Notes: generated by a model not told the origin, from the sequence alone. A stretch of DNA of 59,601 nucleotides, filler included, from 6 parts of 6 records of this genome joined end to end with filler, not necessarily neighbours in it, one strand, 5' to 3'. Positions 18,786-29,713 are shown, counted from the whole stretch's first letter. Made by a program: numbers and translations.

Positions 18786-20177
18786 TCATTTCTTGTCGGG
18801 CTGATGTGCCGGGTAAGGCGTGGTCCAGAGTATGATCAGGCCTAGCGCAAAGAAGATCGTGATGGTCGCCATTCCGAGCCTTGGAGATCCCGAGAGCGCG
18901 GTGACGGTTGCCACCAGGAACGGCGCTGTGAAGCTCGTCGCGCGTCCGGCCAGGGCATAGATGCCGAAATAGCGGCCTGCTTCGTCTTCGGTGACGCTCC
19001 GCGCCATATAGGCACGTGAGGATGCCTGCACCGGACCGAAGGCGATGCCGATCAGAAGCCCGAAGGTGATGTAGGCTTTTTCCGCGGAGGTTCCAAACAA
19101 TCCGCCGCTATCGGGTCCTGTGAATGGCAACGCGCCGAACAGGGTAAAGCCCGGCCCGGTGGAAACAATGCCAATTGTGGCGATCAGCAACATCAAGATG
19201 GCTATCATGACAACAAGTTTGGAGCCGAGCTGGGTATCCAGCCGGCTGGCATAGAGGCAGGAAAAGATCGCCACAACATTGAGCATGATGCCGTAAACGC
19301 CAATCTCGGTGATCGACCAGCCGAACATGGCAGCGGCAAATCCGCCACCCAGGGCCAGCAGCGCATTGACGCCATCCTGATAGATCATGCGGGCGATGAG
19401 AAAACGGAAAATGCCTGAGCGCTGACGGACTTCGCCAAGCGTCGAGCGCAGTTCAGCGAGACCATCCCTGACCGCACCTTTCAGGGCCCTGCGTCCGCCG
19501 GCATCGGGGGTGAACAGGAACATTGGCAGGATAAATACGGCATACCAGAGTGCCGAGATCGGGCCTGAGGCTCGGGCGTCTTCACCCTGCAGCGGATCGA
19601 GGCCAAACAAGGGATCAAGACCGAGAAGGGTTTTTCCGGTTTCAGGCGATGCGGCCAGAAAACCGATGATGAAGATCAGCACGATCATGCCGCCGAGATA
19701 GCCCAGACCCCAGGCCAGATTGGAGACGCGGCCGATCTGGGCTTTCGGCACCAGCCGCAGCAGCATCGAGTCATTGAAGACGATGGAGAATTCAGCCGCC
19801 ACCGAAGCCAGGGTGAAGACCGCCACCACAGCAACGATATTTGAACCCGGTGCTGCGAACCACAGTCCGCACAGCGCCAGGATCTTGATGCAGGCGAAGA
19901 AGGCTATCCACGGTTTGCGCGGCCCGGTTTGGTCGGCAATCGAGCCAAGCAGCGGGGAAAACAGGGCGATCAGCAAACCACCCGCGGCAATGCCATAGCC
20001 CCAAGCTGCCTGACCCGTTGCCGGGTCGCTGGCCATGCGGGAGATGAAATAGGGGCCGAAGATGAAAGTGGTTACAACGGTGAAGAACGGCTGAGCCGCC
20101 CAGTCGAACATCATCCAGCCCACGACACCGCGGCGCTTGACAACAGGTGCCGGCGGCAATCCGGTTACATCGGTCAT
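18786..20177 (-). CDS. MFS transporter (UMF1/Atg22-like)
   Basis: WMMFDWAAQPF, about 12 hydrophobic segments, and QASSRA...RYFGIYA. Confidence 0.88.
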   Translation of the reverse strand: MTDVTGLPPAPVVKRRGVVGWMMFDWAAQPFFTVVTTFIFGPYFISRMASDPATGQAAWGYGIAAGGLLIALFSPLLGSIADQTGPRKPWIAFFACIKILALCGLWFAAPGSNIVAVVAVFTLASVAAEFSIVFNDSMLLRLVPKAQIGRVSNLAWGLGYLGGMIVLIFIIGFLAASPETGKTLLGLDPLFGLDPLQGEDARASGPISALWYAVFILPMFLFTPDAGGRRALKGAVRDGLAELRSTLGEVRQRSGIFRFLIARMIYQDGVNALLALGGGFAAAMFGWSITEIGVYGIMLNVVAIFSCLYASRLDTQLGSKLVVMIAILMLLIATIGIVSTGPGFTLFGALPFTGPDSGGLFGTSAEKAYITFGLLIGIAFGPVQASSRAYMARSVTEDEAGRYFGIYALAGRATSFTAPFLVATVTALSGSPRLGMATITIFFALGLIILWTTPYPAHQPDKK

Positions 20178-20208
20178 GTCTTTTGCCTCTTAGAGCCCCA
20201 GTACCTTG

Positions 20209-23200
20209 TTACGCGCGCAGGGAGCGAGCCAGATCGCTCAACATTCCGGCGGCAACCGTCAGCTTGGCAACGGACAACTCGCCGCTGTCGGTCAGCGTCA
20301 GGATTTGGCCTCGCACATGCGAGATGCGATCCTTGTTGGCCTTGAGCCATTGTTCAGCCGGGTCGGGTGCCTTCGGATTGCTGTCGAGCACGGTGCCGGC
20401 GATGATCCGGCGGGCTTGAGAGATTTCATCAAGACTGCGTGCCAGCGCGAGCCCCTCGAAATGATCGGTTACCGGGATCCTGTCGACCGCCGCAACAATC
20501 CTGCTTAAGCGGAATGCTTCGGTCACGGCAAAGAATGTTTCCGTCGCCCGGTCCAGATCGGTCTTTGAGTAAGCCGCGACGTGGCAGATGTCCGGCGCGA
20601 GGGTAAGACCGGTCAGTCCGGCGATCTGATCTGCCAGGTCTGCGGGAACGGACTGAGCGATCAGGGCTTCGCGGGTTTCCTGGGCTTCCTGGCGCATGAA
20701 ATCAGGCATGGCGGCGGACATTGCACCGTCAAGCCTGGCAAGGCCCTGCTGCATCGTCTTGACTGCCGTGCCAAGATCGCCCTGCGCAGCGCCGGTCTTG
20801 AGCGCCCAGCCGGTAACATCCTTGAGGGTGTAGCCGATGCTGGCGTAGAGCTGGTTTTGAACTGCACCGGGAACCTTGGTGTCGAGGTCATCAACCTGTG
20901 CATAAAGCTGGTTGAGTGACAGGCCATCGCGGGCAAGAACGAAGGCCTTGACGATGTCTGCGGCGGTTGCACCGGATTTGTCGCCCATTCCGATGACGAA
21001 GGCCGGTCCGCCGCGGTTGATTGCGTCGTTGCCAAGCAGGGTTGAAATGATCTCGCGACGCAGCCTGTGCGTGGCAATATCAGTGGAATAGGTTTTCTGC
21101 ATCTTTTTGGGGAAGTAGGATCGCAGGGTGGTGTCGAAATAGGGATCGTCAGGCAGCGAACTGGCAACGATCTCATCGAACAGCACCAGTTTGGCGTAGG
21201 ACAGCAGGACGCCCATTTCGGGACGTGTCAGGGCGTGACCGGCCGCGACCCGCTCAGCGACGGCAATGTCGTCGGGCAGGTATTCGACCTTGCGATTGAG
21301 CAGGCCCCGGCCTTCGAGATTGCTCATCACCCTGTTGAGTTCACCAACGCCGGATATGCCTTCGTCTTCGGCGATCGATATGGCCAGTGTCTGCAAGTAG
21401 TTGTTGCGCAGCACGAGTTCGGCCACTTCATCCGTCATCGAGGCAAGCAGGGTGTTGCGCTTGGGCCGGGTCAACCGGTCTTCGCGCATGGCGTTTGCCA
21501 AGGCGATCTTGATGTTGACCTCGACGTCGGAAGAATTGACGCCGGCGGAGTTATCAATGGCATCGGAGTTGCAACGGCCGCCGTTCAGGGCATAGGCGAT
21601 GCGGCCTTTCTGGGTGAGGCCCAGGTTGGCGCCTTCGCCGATGACCTTGGCGCGAACCTGCCGGGCCTGGACGCGGATTGCATCATTGGCCCGGTCGCCG
21701 ACGCCGGCGTCGTTTTCGCCGGCATCCTTGATGTAGGTTCCAATGCCGCCAAACCACAGCAGATCTGTTTGCATCGACAGGATCGCGGTCATGATGTCCT
21801 GGGGCGTGGCTTTGCCTGCCTCAAGCCCGATCACCGCTGCAGCTTCCGGCGTCAGATCCACCGATTTCAGCGAGCGCGGGATGATCATGCCGCCCTTCGA
21901 CAGCTTGGACTTGTCATAGTCCTGCCAACTGGAGCGGCTCATGTCGAACAGGCGGCTGCGCTCGGCAAACCCGATGGCGCAATCGGGCTCGGGATCAATG
22001 AAGATGTCGCGGTGATCAAAAGCCGCCAGCAGCTTGATCTGGGTCGACAAAAGCATGCCATTGCCGAACACGTCACCCGACATGTCGCCCACACCTGCGG
22101 CAGTGAACGGCGTGGTCTGGATGTCGATGTTCATCTCGCGGAAATGCCGCTTGACGGCTTCCCAGGCGCCGCGTGCGGTGATGCCCATCTTCTTGTGATC
22201 ATAACCGGCGGAGCCACCGGAGGCGAAGGCATCATCAAGCCAGAAATCCTGTTCCTGGCTCAGGGCGTTGGCGGTGTCGGAGAAGGTGGCCGTGCCCTTG
22301 TCAGCGGCAACCACGAAATAGGGGTCGTCGGCATCGTGGCGGACGGTGTTGGCCGGCGGAATGATCGCATCACCAACAATGTTGTCGGTGACCGAGAGCA
22401 ATGTGCGGATGAACAGCTTGTAGGCGTCGCGGCCTGCTTCAAAAATTGCATCGCGGCCGCCATCAGCCGGCAATTTCTTGGGGTAGAAGCCGCCCTTGGC
22501 GCCGACCGGCACAATCACGGCATTCTTGACCTGTTGGGCCTTGACCAGTCCGAGCACTTCCGTGCGGTAATCCTGTGCACGGTCCGACCAACGCAACCCG
22601 CCGCGGGCAACCGGGCCGAAACGCAAATGCACGCCCTCGACTTCCGCGCCGTAGACGAAGATTTCACGGAATGGACGGGGCTCGGGCAGGCCTTCGAGTT
22701 TCTTCGGATCAAGCTTGAAAGCCAGTGCCGGCCGCGGCGCGCCGTCGGAACCGGTCTGGAAGTAGTTGGTCCTCAATGAGGATTCGATCGCATTGATGTA
22801 GCGCCTCAGGATTCGGTCATCATCAAGGCTGGGGACTTCAGCCAAAGCGGCTTCAATTGTTTCGATCAGGCTGGCGGTTTGTTCAGCGCGTTTGGCATCC
22901 TTGATACCGAGGTCAAACCGGATCCGGAACAATTCGTGCAATTGGGCGGCTATTGCCGAATAACGGTTGAGGCTGTGGGCGATGTATTCCTGGGAATAGG
23001 GAATTCCCGCCTGACGCAGATAGCGCGCATAGGCACGTAGAACCGTTGCTTCACGAACCGACAGACCGGCATTTGTGACCAGACGGTTGTAGCCGTCATT
23101 GTCGGTGTCGCCGCGCCAGACCGACAGGAAGGCTTCTTCCAGCCGTGCCCCGTCGGCGTCCAGATCAACGGCGCGCTTGTCCTCGTGGACGATCTCCATG

Positions 23201-24999
23201 TCGTGCAGCACCACGGTGTTGGAGACGCCTGCCTGGCCGTCGAGGAAGATCTCGTGGGTCTGCTCGCTGATAACCTTGAAACCGAGGTTTTCCAGCAACG
23301 GCACCCGTCGTGACAAGGCGACCGGTTCACCGGCGTGGAATATCTTCAGCGCCAGATGATCGTCTGCAGTGGAGTCACCGCGATAAAACGCGATCTGGAG
23401 CGCGCCGGTTTCCTTGCAGGCGATAATGTTGTTGAGATCAGCCAGCGCCTCTTCGGGCCGGAAGCGTTCCTTGTAGGACTGGCTGACGCTGACGCGTTCG
23501 GTTTCGCCGCCGCCCAGCACCCGGAACTGGTCTTCCCAGCGGGTGACGATGGAGCGCACGTCGCGTTCGAGCTGTTCCTGCGGGATTTGCGGCGTCTTGC
23601 CTTCAGACCGGCCGATGATGAAGTGCACGCGGGCAACGCCGCCCTCGGGGAAAGCCGGGTAGTAAGCCGACACACGACCATTGTAGACGGTCTTGAAATA
23701 ATCGCCAATGCGTTCGCGGGCGATGGAATCATACTGATCGCGCGGGACATAAACGATCAGCGAGACAAAGCGGTCAAACCGGTCGATGCGGGGCAGAACC
23801 CGGACCCGCGGACGATCCGACAGCTCGTTGATCTGCATGCAGAACCGCGCCAGCAGAGGCGCATCGATCTGAAACAGATCATCGCGCGGATAGGCCTCCA
23901 GCGTGTTGAGCAGCAATTTGCCTGAATGGCTTTCCGGGTCGAAGCCGAATTCGGAAACGACCGATTGCACCTTGGAGCGCAGCAGCGGAATCTTGGTGAC
24001 CGAGCGGGTGTAGGCGGTGGAGGTGAACAGCCCGACAATGCGCAATTCGCCGACAATCTTGCCTTTCGAATTGAAGCGCTTGATGCCGATATAGTCCATA
24101 TAGGTGCGGCGGTGGATCACCGAGCGCACATTGGCCTTGGTAACGATCAGGAAATCCGGGCCCTGCAGAAAATCGAGAATTTCCGGGGTTGTGGTGACCT
24201 GATCCTTGCCGAGCCGCAACACCAGCACGTCCGGGTCTGCCAGAATGCCGAGGCCTTCGCCCGAAGCGCGGCTCAACTCGGCGGATTTGCCGTCGTCGGT
24301 GTAGACATATTCGCGCATGCCCAGGAAGGTGAAATTGTTGTCGCGCAGCCAGGCGATGAAGGCCAGGGCCTCCTGGCGTGCCGGCTCGGTGGCTTTGTCG
24401 ACATCGAGTGCCACCAGATCGGCGGCGCTGTGGTCGATCATCGCCAGCATTGATTTCCAGTCGCTGACAGCAGCCTGAACCTGATCCAGCACATGGCGGA
24501 CGCGGGCGGTGAGATCCGCAGCCGCTGCTTCGGAGAGCCGTGGCATGTGGATCTGGATGTGGCTGACGCGCTGCGAGGATTCGCTGCCATCACCGTGGGA
24601 GTAGAGAGTGGCGGGTTTCTTGCCGGACAGGATCAGAATGGGATGCAGCGCCATCAGAATGTCGCGGACATCCGTGGTGACTTCACCCATGACCGAATCA
24701 TAGAGGAAGGGTTTGTTGAGCGTGGTGATGGCCAGAATCGAGACGTCGCGACCGTCGGTGGTGGCCTGATCGACATTTACGAGGCTCATCCGGGAGGACT
24801 TTCCATCCCATGCGCGAACTTCGGATTCGGCCAATACCGCAGCAGAAGCGAGGTTTTTGGCCGGAAATAGCTCCAGATCGTCCATACTGACGCTGGAAAA
24901 CAGCACGTCGGGATTGATGTGTGGCTTCTTGCCTTTGGAAGCGATCGATGCCGTTTCCGCAAGTAGTGTTTCCGACTTGCGGGTGTTCTTGATCCCCAT
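20209..24999 (-). CDS. Large NAD-specific glutamate dehydrogenase (bacterial GDH2 type)
   Basis: 1596 aa; ARGGLRWSDR, VPVGAKGGF, VAADKGTA, GVGDMSGDVFGNG and GEGANLG motifs. Confidence 0.96.
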   Translation of the reverse strand: MGIKNTRKSETLLAETASIASKGKKPHINPDVLFSSVSMDDLELFPAKNLASAAVLAESEVRAWDGKSSRMSLVNVDQATTDGRDVSILAITTLNKPFLYDSVMGEVTTDVRDILMALHPILILSGKKPATLYSHGDGSESSQRVSHIQIHMPRLSEAAAADLTARVRHVLDQVQAAVSDWKSMLAMIDHSAADLVALDVDKATEPARQEALAFIAWLRDNNFTFLGMREYVYTDDGKSAELSRASGEGLGILADPDVLVLRLGKDQVTTTPEILDFLQGPDFLIVTKANVRSVIHRRTYMDYIGIKRFNSKGKIVGELRIVGLFTSTAYTRSVTKIPLLRSKVQSVVSEFGFDPESHSGKLLLNTLEAYPRDDLFQIDAPLLARFCMQINELSDRPRVRVLPRIDRFDRFVSLIVYVPRDQYDSIARERIGDYFKTVYNGRVSAYYPAFPEGGVARVHFIIGRSEGKTPQIPQEQLERDVRSIVTRWEDQFRVLGGGETERVSVSQSYKERFRPEEALADLNNIIACKETGALQIAFYRGDSTADDHLALKIFHAGEPVALSRRVPLLENLGFKVISEQTHEIFLDGQAGVSNTVVLHDMEIVHEDKRAVDLDADGARLEEAFLSVWRGDTDNDGYNRLVTNAGLSVREATVLRAYARYLRQAGIPYSQEYIAHSLNRYSAIAAQLHELFRIRFDLGIKDAKRAEQTASLIETIEAALAEVPSLDDDRILRRYINAIESSLRTNYFQTGSDGAPRPALAFKLDPKKLEGLPEPRPFREIFVYGAEVEGVHLRFGPVARGGLRWSDRAQDYRTEVLGLVKAQQVKNAVIVPVGAKGGFYPKKLPADGGRDAIFEAGRDAYKLFIRTLLSVTDNIVGDAIIPPANTVRHDADDPYFVVAADKGTATFSDTANALSQEQDFWLDDAFASGGSAGYDHKKMGITARGAWEAVKRHFREMNIDIQTTPFTAAGVGDMSGDVFGNGMLLSTQIKLLAAFDHRDIFIDPEPDCAIGFAERSRLFDMSRSSWQDYDKSKLSKGGMIIPRSLKSVDLTPEAAAVIGLEAGKATPQDIMTAILSMQTDLLWFGGIGTYIKDAGENDAGVGDRANDAIRVQARQVRAKVIGEGANLGLTQKGRIAYALNGGRCNSDAIDNSAGVNSSDVEVNIKIALANAMREDRLTRPKRNTLLASMTDEVAELVLRNNYLQTLAISIAEDEGISGVGELNRVMSNLEGRGLLNRKVEYLPDDIAVAERVAAGHALTRPEMGVLLSYAKLVLFDEIVASSLPDDPYFDTTLRSYFPKKMQKTYSTDIATHRLRREIISTLLGNDAINRGGPAFVIGMGDKSGATAADIVKAFVLARDGLSLNQLYAQVDDLDTKVPGAVQNQLYASIGYTLKDVTGWALKTGAAQGDLGTAVKTMQQGLARLDGAMSAAMPDFMRQEAQETREALIAQSVPADLADQIAGLTGLTLAPDICHVAAYSKTDLDRATETFFAVTEAFRLSRIVAAVDRIPVTDHFEGLALARSLDEISQARRIIAGTVLDSNPKAPDPAEQWLKANKDRISHVRGQILTLTDSGELSVAKLTVAAGMLSDLARSLRA

Positions 25000-25098
25000 C
25001 CCAAATCCTCCAAGGCTTGATCTTTGACCGAATCCTAGCAGAAGTGTGTATCAAAGCGACCCGCTTTCGCGACCAAAGCCAATATTGGAGGAATAAAC

Positions 25099-25674
25099 AT
25101 GAAAACCCTGCAAGAAGCCGTCATTGCGTTGAATCTGGAGCAGGAAACGCCGCTAAGCGCCGAGATGGAGGCCTACTTTGCCAAATGCCAGGACAAGCTT
25201 GGCATGGTTCCCAATGTTCTCAAGGCCTACGCATTCAACAATGAAAAACTCGAGGCTTTTGTCGGTTTTTACAATGACCTGATGCTTGCCGGCTCAAATC
25301 TGAGCAAGCTTGAGCGTGAACTCATTGCGGTGGCGGTGTCGTCGGTCAACCAATGCTTTTATTGCCTGACCGCGCATGGTGCAGCGGTTCGGCAATTGTC
25401 CGGGGACCCGGTGCTCGGCGAGCAGATGGTGATGAACTACCGGGTTGCCGATCTGGAGCCGAAACAGCGCGCGATGCTGGATTTTGCCATCCTGATCACA
25501 GAGGATCCGGCGAGGATCGTCGAGGCGGACAGGCAACGGCTACGCGATGCCGGTTTTACGGATCGCGACATTTGGGATATCTCGGCTGTGGCTGCGTTTT
25601 TCAACATGACCAACCGCATGGCGTCGGCAACTGATATGCAGCCAAATCCGGAGTATCACGCGCTTGCCCGCTGA
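25099..25674 (+). CDS. AhpD/CMD-like peroxidase-related enzyme
   Basis: ERELIAVAVSSVNQCFYCLTAHG (CxxC..H); GGAGG SD. Confidence 0.88.
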   Translation: MKTLQEAVIALNLEQETPLSAEMEAYFAKCQDKLGMVPNVLKAYAFNNEKLEAFVGFYNDLMLAGSNLSKLERELIAVAVSSVNQCFYCLTAHGAAVRQLSGDPVLGEQMVMNYRVADLEPKQRAMLDFAILITEDPARIVEADRQRLRDAGFTDRDIWDISAVAAFFNMTNRMASATDMQPNPEYHALAR

Positions 25675-25741
25675 TCCGGGGCGGAGATGCAATCAAGCCG
25701 GCAATGAACCGGGCAATTGAACTGGGCTGGGAGCCCTCGCG

Positions 25742-25981
25742 ATGAAAGATGATGAAACAGTCCGCCAGGCAAAACGCTCGCTCGATCGCTTGGGCGAGGA
25801 AGGCGGCTTGTCGGCGTCACCGGTGATGAAGTCCGCTGCAAACAGTGTGCGCGATCACTTCACCGCCGAGGATGCAGACAAGTCCGACAAGATCGAGGTC
25901 TGGGGGACCCGGATCGCCCGCGGGCTGGCGCTTGTGGCGCTAGCCGGACTGGTGTTGTGGATGATCGGGCAGGTGTCGTGA
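25742..25981 (+). CDS. Small membrane-anchored hypothetical protein
   Basis: 79 aa; DKIEVWGTRIARGL followed by a C-terminal TM segment; TGATG overlap with pdxY. Confidence 0.7.
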   Translation: MKDDETVRQAKRSLDRLGEEGGLSASPVMKSAANSVRDHFTAEDADKSDKIEVWGTRIARGLALVALAGLVLWMIGQVS

Positions 25982-26874
25982 TGACAGCAGAAAAACAGCG
26001 CAATTCCGATATCCGGACATCGGTTATCGTGATTTCAAGCCATGTGGTTCGCGGATCGGTTGGCAACCGCGCGGCGGTGTTTGCACTTGAGACCCTTGGC
26101 TTCCCGGTCTGGGCAGTGCCGACGGTCATTCTGCCCTGGCATCCAGGGCATTCTCGGGCGACGAGAATCGTCCCATCGCGTGAGGATTTTTCGGCACTGA
26201 TCGACGATCTGTGCGGCGCACCCTGGCTTGGTGAAGTGGGCGGTGTGCTCAGTGGCTATCTGGGTGATGCCGGGCAGGCATCGGATGTGGCCCGGCTGGT
26301 AGGCGCGGTGCGCATGGCCAATCCGGATGCGCTCTACATGTGTGATCCGGTGATTGGCGATACCGGCGGGCTTTACGTTCCCGAAGCCACCGCCACCGCG
26401 ATCGCCAAAGAGCTTATCTCGATTGCAGATATCGCCACGCCGAATGTGCATGAGCTTGCCTGGCTGTCCGGCGCGCCGATCACAGATTCCGCTTCGATGA
26501 CAGCGGCAGCAGAAACACTTGGGCCGGCGCGAGTTCTGGTGACTTCGGCGCTGGCGATGATGGCCGGCAGCACCGGAAATCTGCTGGTCAGCGGCAAGCA
26601 GTCGGTGATGGCCGAGCACCGGCTTATCCCCAATGCGCCCAACGGACTTGGCGACCTGATGGCAGCGACATTTCTGGCCCGGCTTCTGGAAGGCATGGCT
26701 GAGGAAAAGGCATTGCAGACGGCGACCGGCACTGTGTTTGAAATTCTCGCCCGGACGGCGCGGCGCGGTGCTGATGAGCTGACGCTGGAAACCGATGCAC
26801 AGAGCCTTCGAACACCGATGGCGATGGTCAATATGCGCCGGGTCATGTCGATGGCCAACCGCAAGAAGCCGTGA
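25981..26874 (+). CDS. pdxY: Pyridoxal kinase
   Basis: ISSHVVRGSVGN, SGYLG, DPVIGD, TPN..EL and NGLGD motifs. Confidence 0.9.
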   Translation: MTAEKQRNSDIRTSVIVISSHVVRGSVGNRAAVFALETLGFPVWAVPTVILPWHPGHSRATRIVPSREDFSALIDDLCGAPWLGEVGGVLSGYLGDAGQASDVARLVGAVRMANPDALYMCDPVIGDTGGLYVPEATATAIAKELISIADIATPNVHELAWLSGAPITDSASMTAAAETLGPARVLVTSALAMMAGSTGNLLVSGKQSVMAEHRLIPNAPNGLGDLMAATFLARLLEGMAEEKALQTATGTVFEILARTARRGADELTLETDAQSLRTPMAMVNMRRVMSMANRKKP

Positions 26875-27617
26875 GCGGAGGCGACCAGCCCGGCAAGGTT
26901 CTGGTCGGCGTTGACGGCTGTCGGGCCGGCTGGATCGCGGTGGCGTTGCGTTCCGCCGACACGCAGCCGCAGGTGACAGTCTTCCCCCGCTTCGCCGATC
27001 TGGTGGCAGAGTTTGGCACAGCTGCAACGATAGCAGTGGATATGCCAATCGGGCTGCCTGAGAGAATTGGCGGGTCCGGGCGCGGACCTGAACAGGCAAT
27101 CCGGCCCTATCTCGGTGCGCGCCGGTCGAGCGTGTTCTCCATTCCGGCACGGGCGGCAGTGGAGGCTGAAACCTACCGTGAGGCCTGTGACCTGGCTCAG
27201 CTGAATTCCGATCCGTCGAAAAAGGTCTCAAAGCAGGCGTTTTTCCTGTTCGGCAAGATCCGCGAGATCGACCGACTGCTGCAGGCCGACATCGGCTTGC
27301 GCGAGCGGATCATCGAATGTCATCCAGAGTTCTCGTTTTGCCGGCTGAACAACATGGTCTCCATGGCGGCACCGAAAAAGATCCGTGGCGCGGTCAATCC
27401 CGCGGGAATTGCCGAGCGGGTGGAGTTGCTGGCGTCTCACGGGATTGATCGTGAGCTCTTTGCCAAAGGTCCGCCGCGTGGGGCTGCCATGGATGATCTG
27501 GTTGATGCGAGCGTCAATCTGCTGGTGGCCGGGCGGCATGCGAAGGGTATGACTGAAACCTTTCCATCCAACCCGATGCGTGACCGCTACGGAATCCTGA
27601 TTGCGATCCACGGCTGA
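26871..27617 (+). CDS. DUF429 protein (predicted RNase H-fold nuclease)
   Basis: GVDGCRAGW, VDMPIGLP, ECHPE and DDLVDA motifs. Confidence 0.82.
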   Translation: MSGGDQPGKVLVGVDGCRAGWIAVALRSADTQPQVTVFPRFADLVAEFGTAATIAVDMPIGLPERIGGSGRGPEQAIRPYLGARRSSVFSIPARAAVEAETYREACDLAQLNSDPSKKVSKQAFFLFGKIREIDRLLQADIGLRERIIECHPEFSFCRLNNMVSMAAPKKIRGAVNPAGIAERVELLASHGIDRELFAKGPPRGAAMDDLVDASVNLLVAGRHAKGMTETFPSNPMRDRYGILIAIHG

Positions 27618-27688
27618 TCCGGTTTTCTCGCAGACGATGAGAAAATGGCTGATTGACCCAAGTTGCGTGCCCGTTTATGTCCGAAGGC

Positions 27689-28339
27689 ATGTCGACATTT
27701 CCGAGCCGCCTTCTCGAAGGCTACCAGACATTCATGACTGGCCGCTACACGGCCGAGCGGCAACGCTACCGTGACCTCGCGGAGACCGGCCAGGAACCGC
27801 ATACGCTGGTGATTGCCTGTTGCGATTCGCGCGCGGCACCCGAAACCATTTTCGATTGCGGCCCGGGCGAATTGTTCGTCGTGCGAAATGTGGCCAATCT
27901 GGTGCCGCCCTATGCGCCGGACAGCAATTACCATGCGACCTCGGCCGCACTGGAATTTGCCGTTCAGTCGCTCAAGATCAGGCAGATCGTGGTCATGGGG
28001 CATGGCCGCTGCGGCGGCATCAAGGCGGCGCTCGATCCCAATGCGGCACCGCTGTCGCCTGGTGATTTCATCGGGCAATGGATGGGTCTGCTCAAGCCTG
28101 CTGCACAGCAGATCCAGGACAGCCAGCTTTTGACAAGCGGTGAACGGCAGATCGCGCTCGAGCGGATCTCGATCCGCAATTCGATGGCAAACCTGCGCAC
28201 ATTCCCTTGCGTCAAGATCCTGGAAGACCGTGGGTCAATGGTGATCAGCGGCGCCTGGTTTGATATTTCAACCGGCGAATTGTGGGTGATGGATCCCAAA
28301 ACCGGCGATTTCTTCCGGCCCGAACCCGCGGAAGCTTGA
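27689..28339 (+). CDS. Beta-class carbonic anhydrase
   Basis: CCDSR, RNVAN and GHGRCGG zinc-ligand motifs. Confidence 0.93.
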   Translation: MSTFPSRLLEGYQTFMTGRYTAERQRYRDLAETGQEPHTLVIACCDSRAAPETIFDCGPGELFVVRNVANLVPPYAPDSNYHATSAALEFAVQSLKIRQIVVMGHGRCGGIKAALDPNAAPLSPGDFIGQWMGLLKPAAQQIQDSQLLTSGERQIALERISIRNSMANLRTFPCVKILEDRGSMVISGAWFDISTGELWVMDPKTGDFFRPEPAEA

Positions 28340-28410
28340 CATAAGGTGCTGCAGTCCGGTTCCATGAGTCTCAAGCGTCAAGAAGCGCGCGATGACTTGG
28401 GGAGCTTGAG

Positions 28411-28833
28411 ATGAGTACAGTCCGGCCTTTGATTTGCCTACTGATTTTCGCGGCGTTTCTGCCTGTTGCATCGGCTTCGGCCCAAAACACCCTGCTTGAC
28501 CGCTGGTATACGGCGCTGTTTGACGTCAATCGTGTGGCGATTGACGATTTGCTTGCGGAAGATGTGATCATCAATCTCGAGGATCTGGGGGTGACCCAGA
28601 CCAAGGCTGAATTCATCGAGTCGCTTGATGAATGGGAAGAAGTGGCCAAAAACGCCAATCTCGCCTGGCAACTCGAAGAGGGCACAGAAGCGGGTCCGAA
28701 CGAAGCTTCGGTGCTGGTGTGCTACCAGTTTCCCGACAACGAGATGATGATCCGGGAAGTTTTCGGCTTTCGGGGAAGCAAGATCATCAGCAGCGTCCAG
28801 ACAACTGTTGGCGACAGCTGCGAGAATTTCTGA
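28411..28833 (+). CDS. Secreted NTF2/SnoaL-like protein
   Basis: Signal peptide, 'IDDLLAEDV...TKAEFIESL' NTF2-like pattern, and two Cys. Confidence 0.6.
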   Translation: MSTVRPLICLLIFAAFLPVASASAQNTLLDRWYTALFDVNRVAIDDLLAEDVIINLEDLGVTQTKAEFIESLDEWEEVAKNANLAWQLEEGTEAGPNEASVLVCYQFPDNEMMIREVFGFRGSKIISSVQTTVGDSCENF

Positions 28834-28882
28834 CAGGCAGCGCGTTCAGATGAATTTATCAGAACGCGCTGTGCTGCAAGGT

Positions 28883-29713
28883 TTAGCCGTCGATTTCGGC
28901 GCCGATCTTTGCGATGGCTTTCTGGTAGACACCTGCCGCGTTCCATCCCTGAATGGCGCGGTAGTTGGTCTCGCCCGGCTGATAGCCGCCGCCGCGGCGC
29001 CAGCCATGGCCGCGCAGAAAGTTGGCTGTTGAGGCCAGCGCGTCAGCCTTGGTTCCCAGATTGATACCGCCGCTGCCGTCGCCATTGACGGCAAAGCGCG
29101 CCACGTTGGCGGGCAGGAACTGGGTCTGGCCAATTTCGCCGTGAGCCGCACCTTTGAAATCGGGTGAAATCCAGCCTTTCTGGATCAGCTGCATCAATGC
29201 ATAAAGCTGTTCAGTGAAGAAATCCGAGCGTCGGCAATCATAGGCCAGCGTGGCGACCGCGGAGACCGTGTGCTGATTGCCGGTGAAGGCGCCAAAGCCT
29301 GATTCCATGCCCCAGATCGCGATCAACGGGCCGGCCGGAACGCCGTATTTCTTTTCCAGAGCTTCAAACAGGCCCGCATTCTGCTGCTTCAGCCGTTTGC
29401 CCTTGGAGATGATTGTGGAGGCGCCACGTTTTTGCATGAACTGGTCAAACGACAGCTTGAAGCTCTTCTGGTTGCGGTCTGCCGAAATGGTCTTGGTGGC
29501 GTAGCGGACATTCTTGAAAGCCCGGTCGAGAGTGTTTTGCGTAATCCCGGCCCTGGTTGCTTCCTGCTTGAACTGTCCGACCCAGGTGGTAAATCCGCCC
29601 GAATTGTTGCCGCATGTGGCTGCCAGTGCCTGCCCGCTGAGCCCGGCTGCAATCAGCGCTGCAGCGCCCGCAATCTTGAGTTTCTGAAACCTGCTGTCCA
29701 TGCCTGCCACCAT
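28883..29713 (-). CDS. Lytic murein transglycosylase (MltB/SLT_2-like)
   Basis: IAIWGMESGFG, GEIGQTQFLP and ASTANFL..HGW motifs; signal peptide. Confidence 0.9.
   Translation of the reverse strand: MVAGMDSRFQKLKIAGAAALIAAGLSGQALAATCGNNSGGFTTWVGQFKQEATRAGITQNTLDRAFKNVRYATKTISADRNQKSFKLSFDQFMQKRGASTIISKGKRLKQQNAGLFEALEKKYGVPAGPLIAIWGMESGFGAFTGNQHTVSAVATLAYDCRRSDFFTEQLYALMQLIQKGWISPDFKGAAHGEIGQTQFLPANVARFAVNGDGSGGINLGTKADALASTANFLRGHGWRRGGGYQPGETNYRAIQGWNAAGVYQKAIAKIGAEIDG

Noticed and set aside
21067..22779. 570-aa ORF antisense to NAD-GDH
   Set aside because: Codon-bias shadow of a conserved gene, with no independent motifs.
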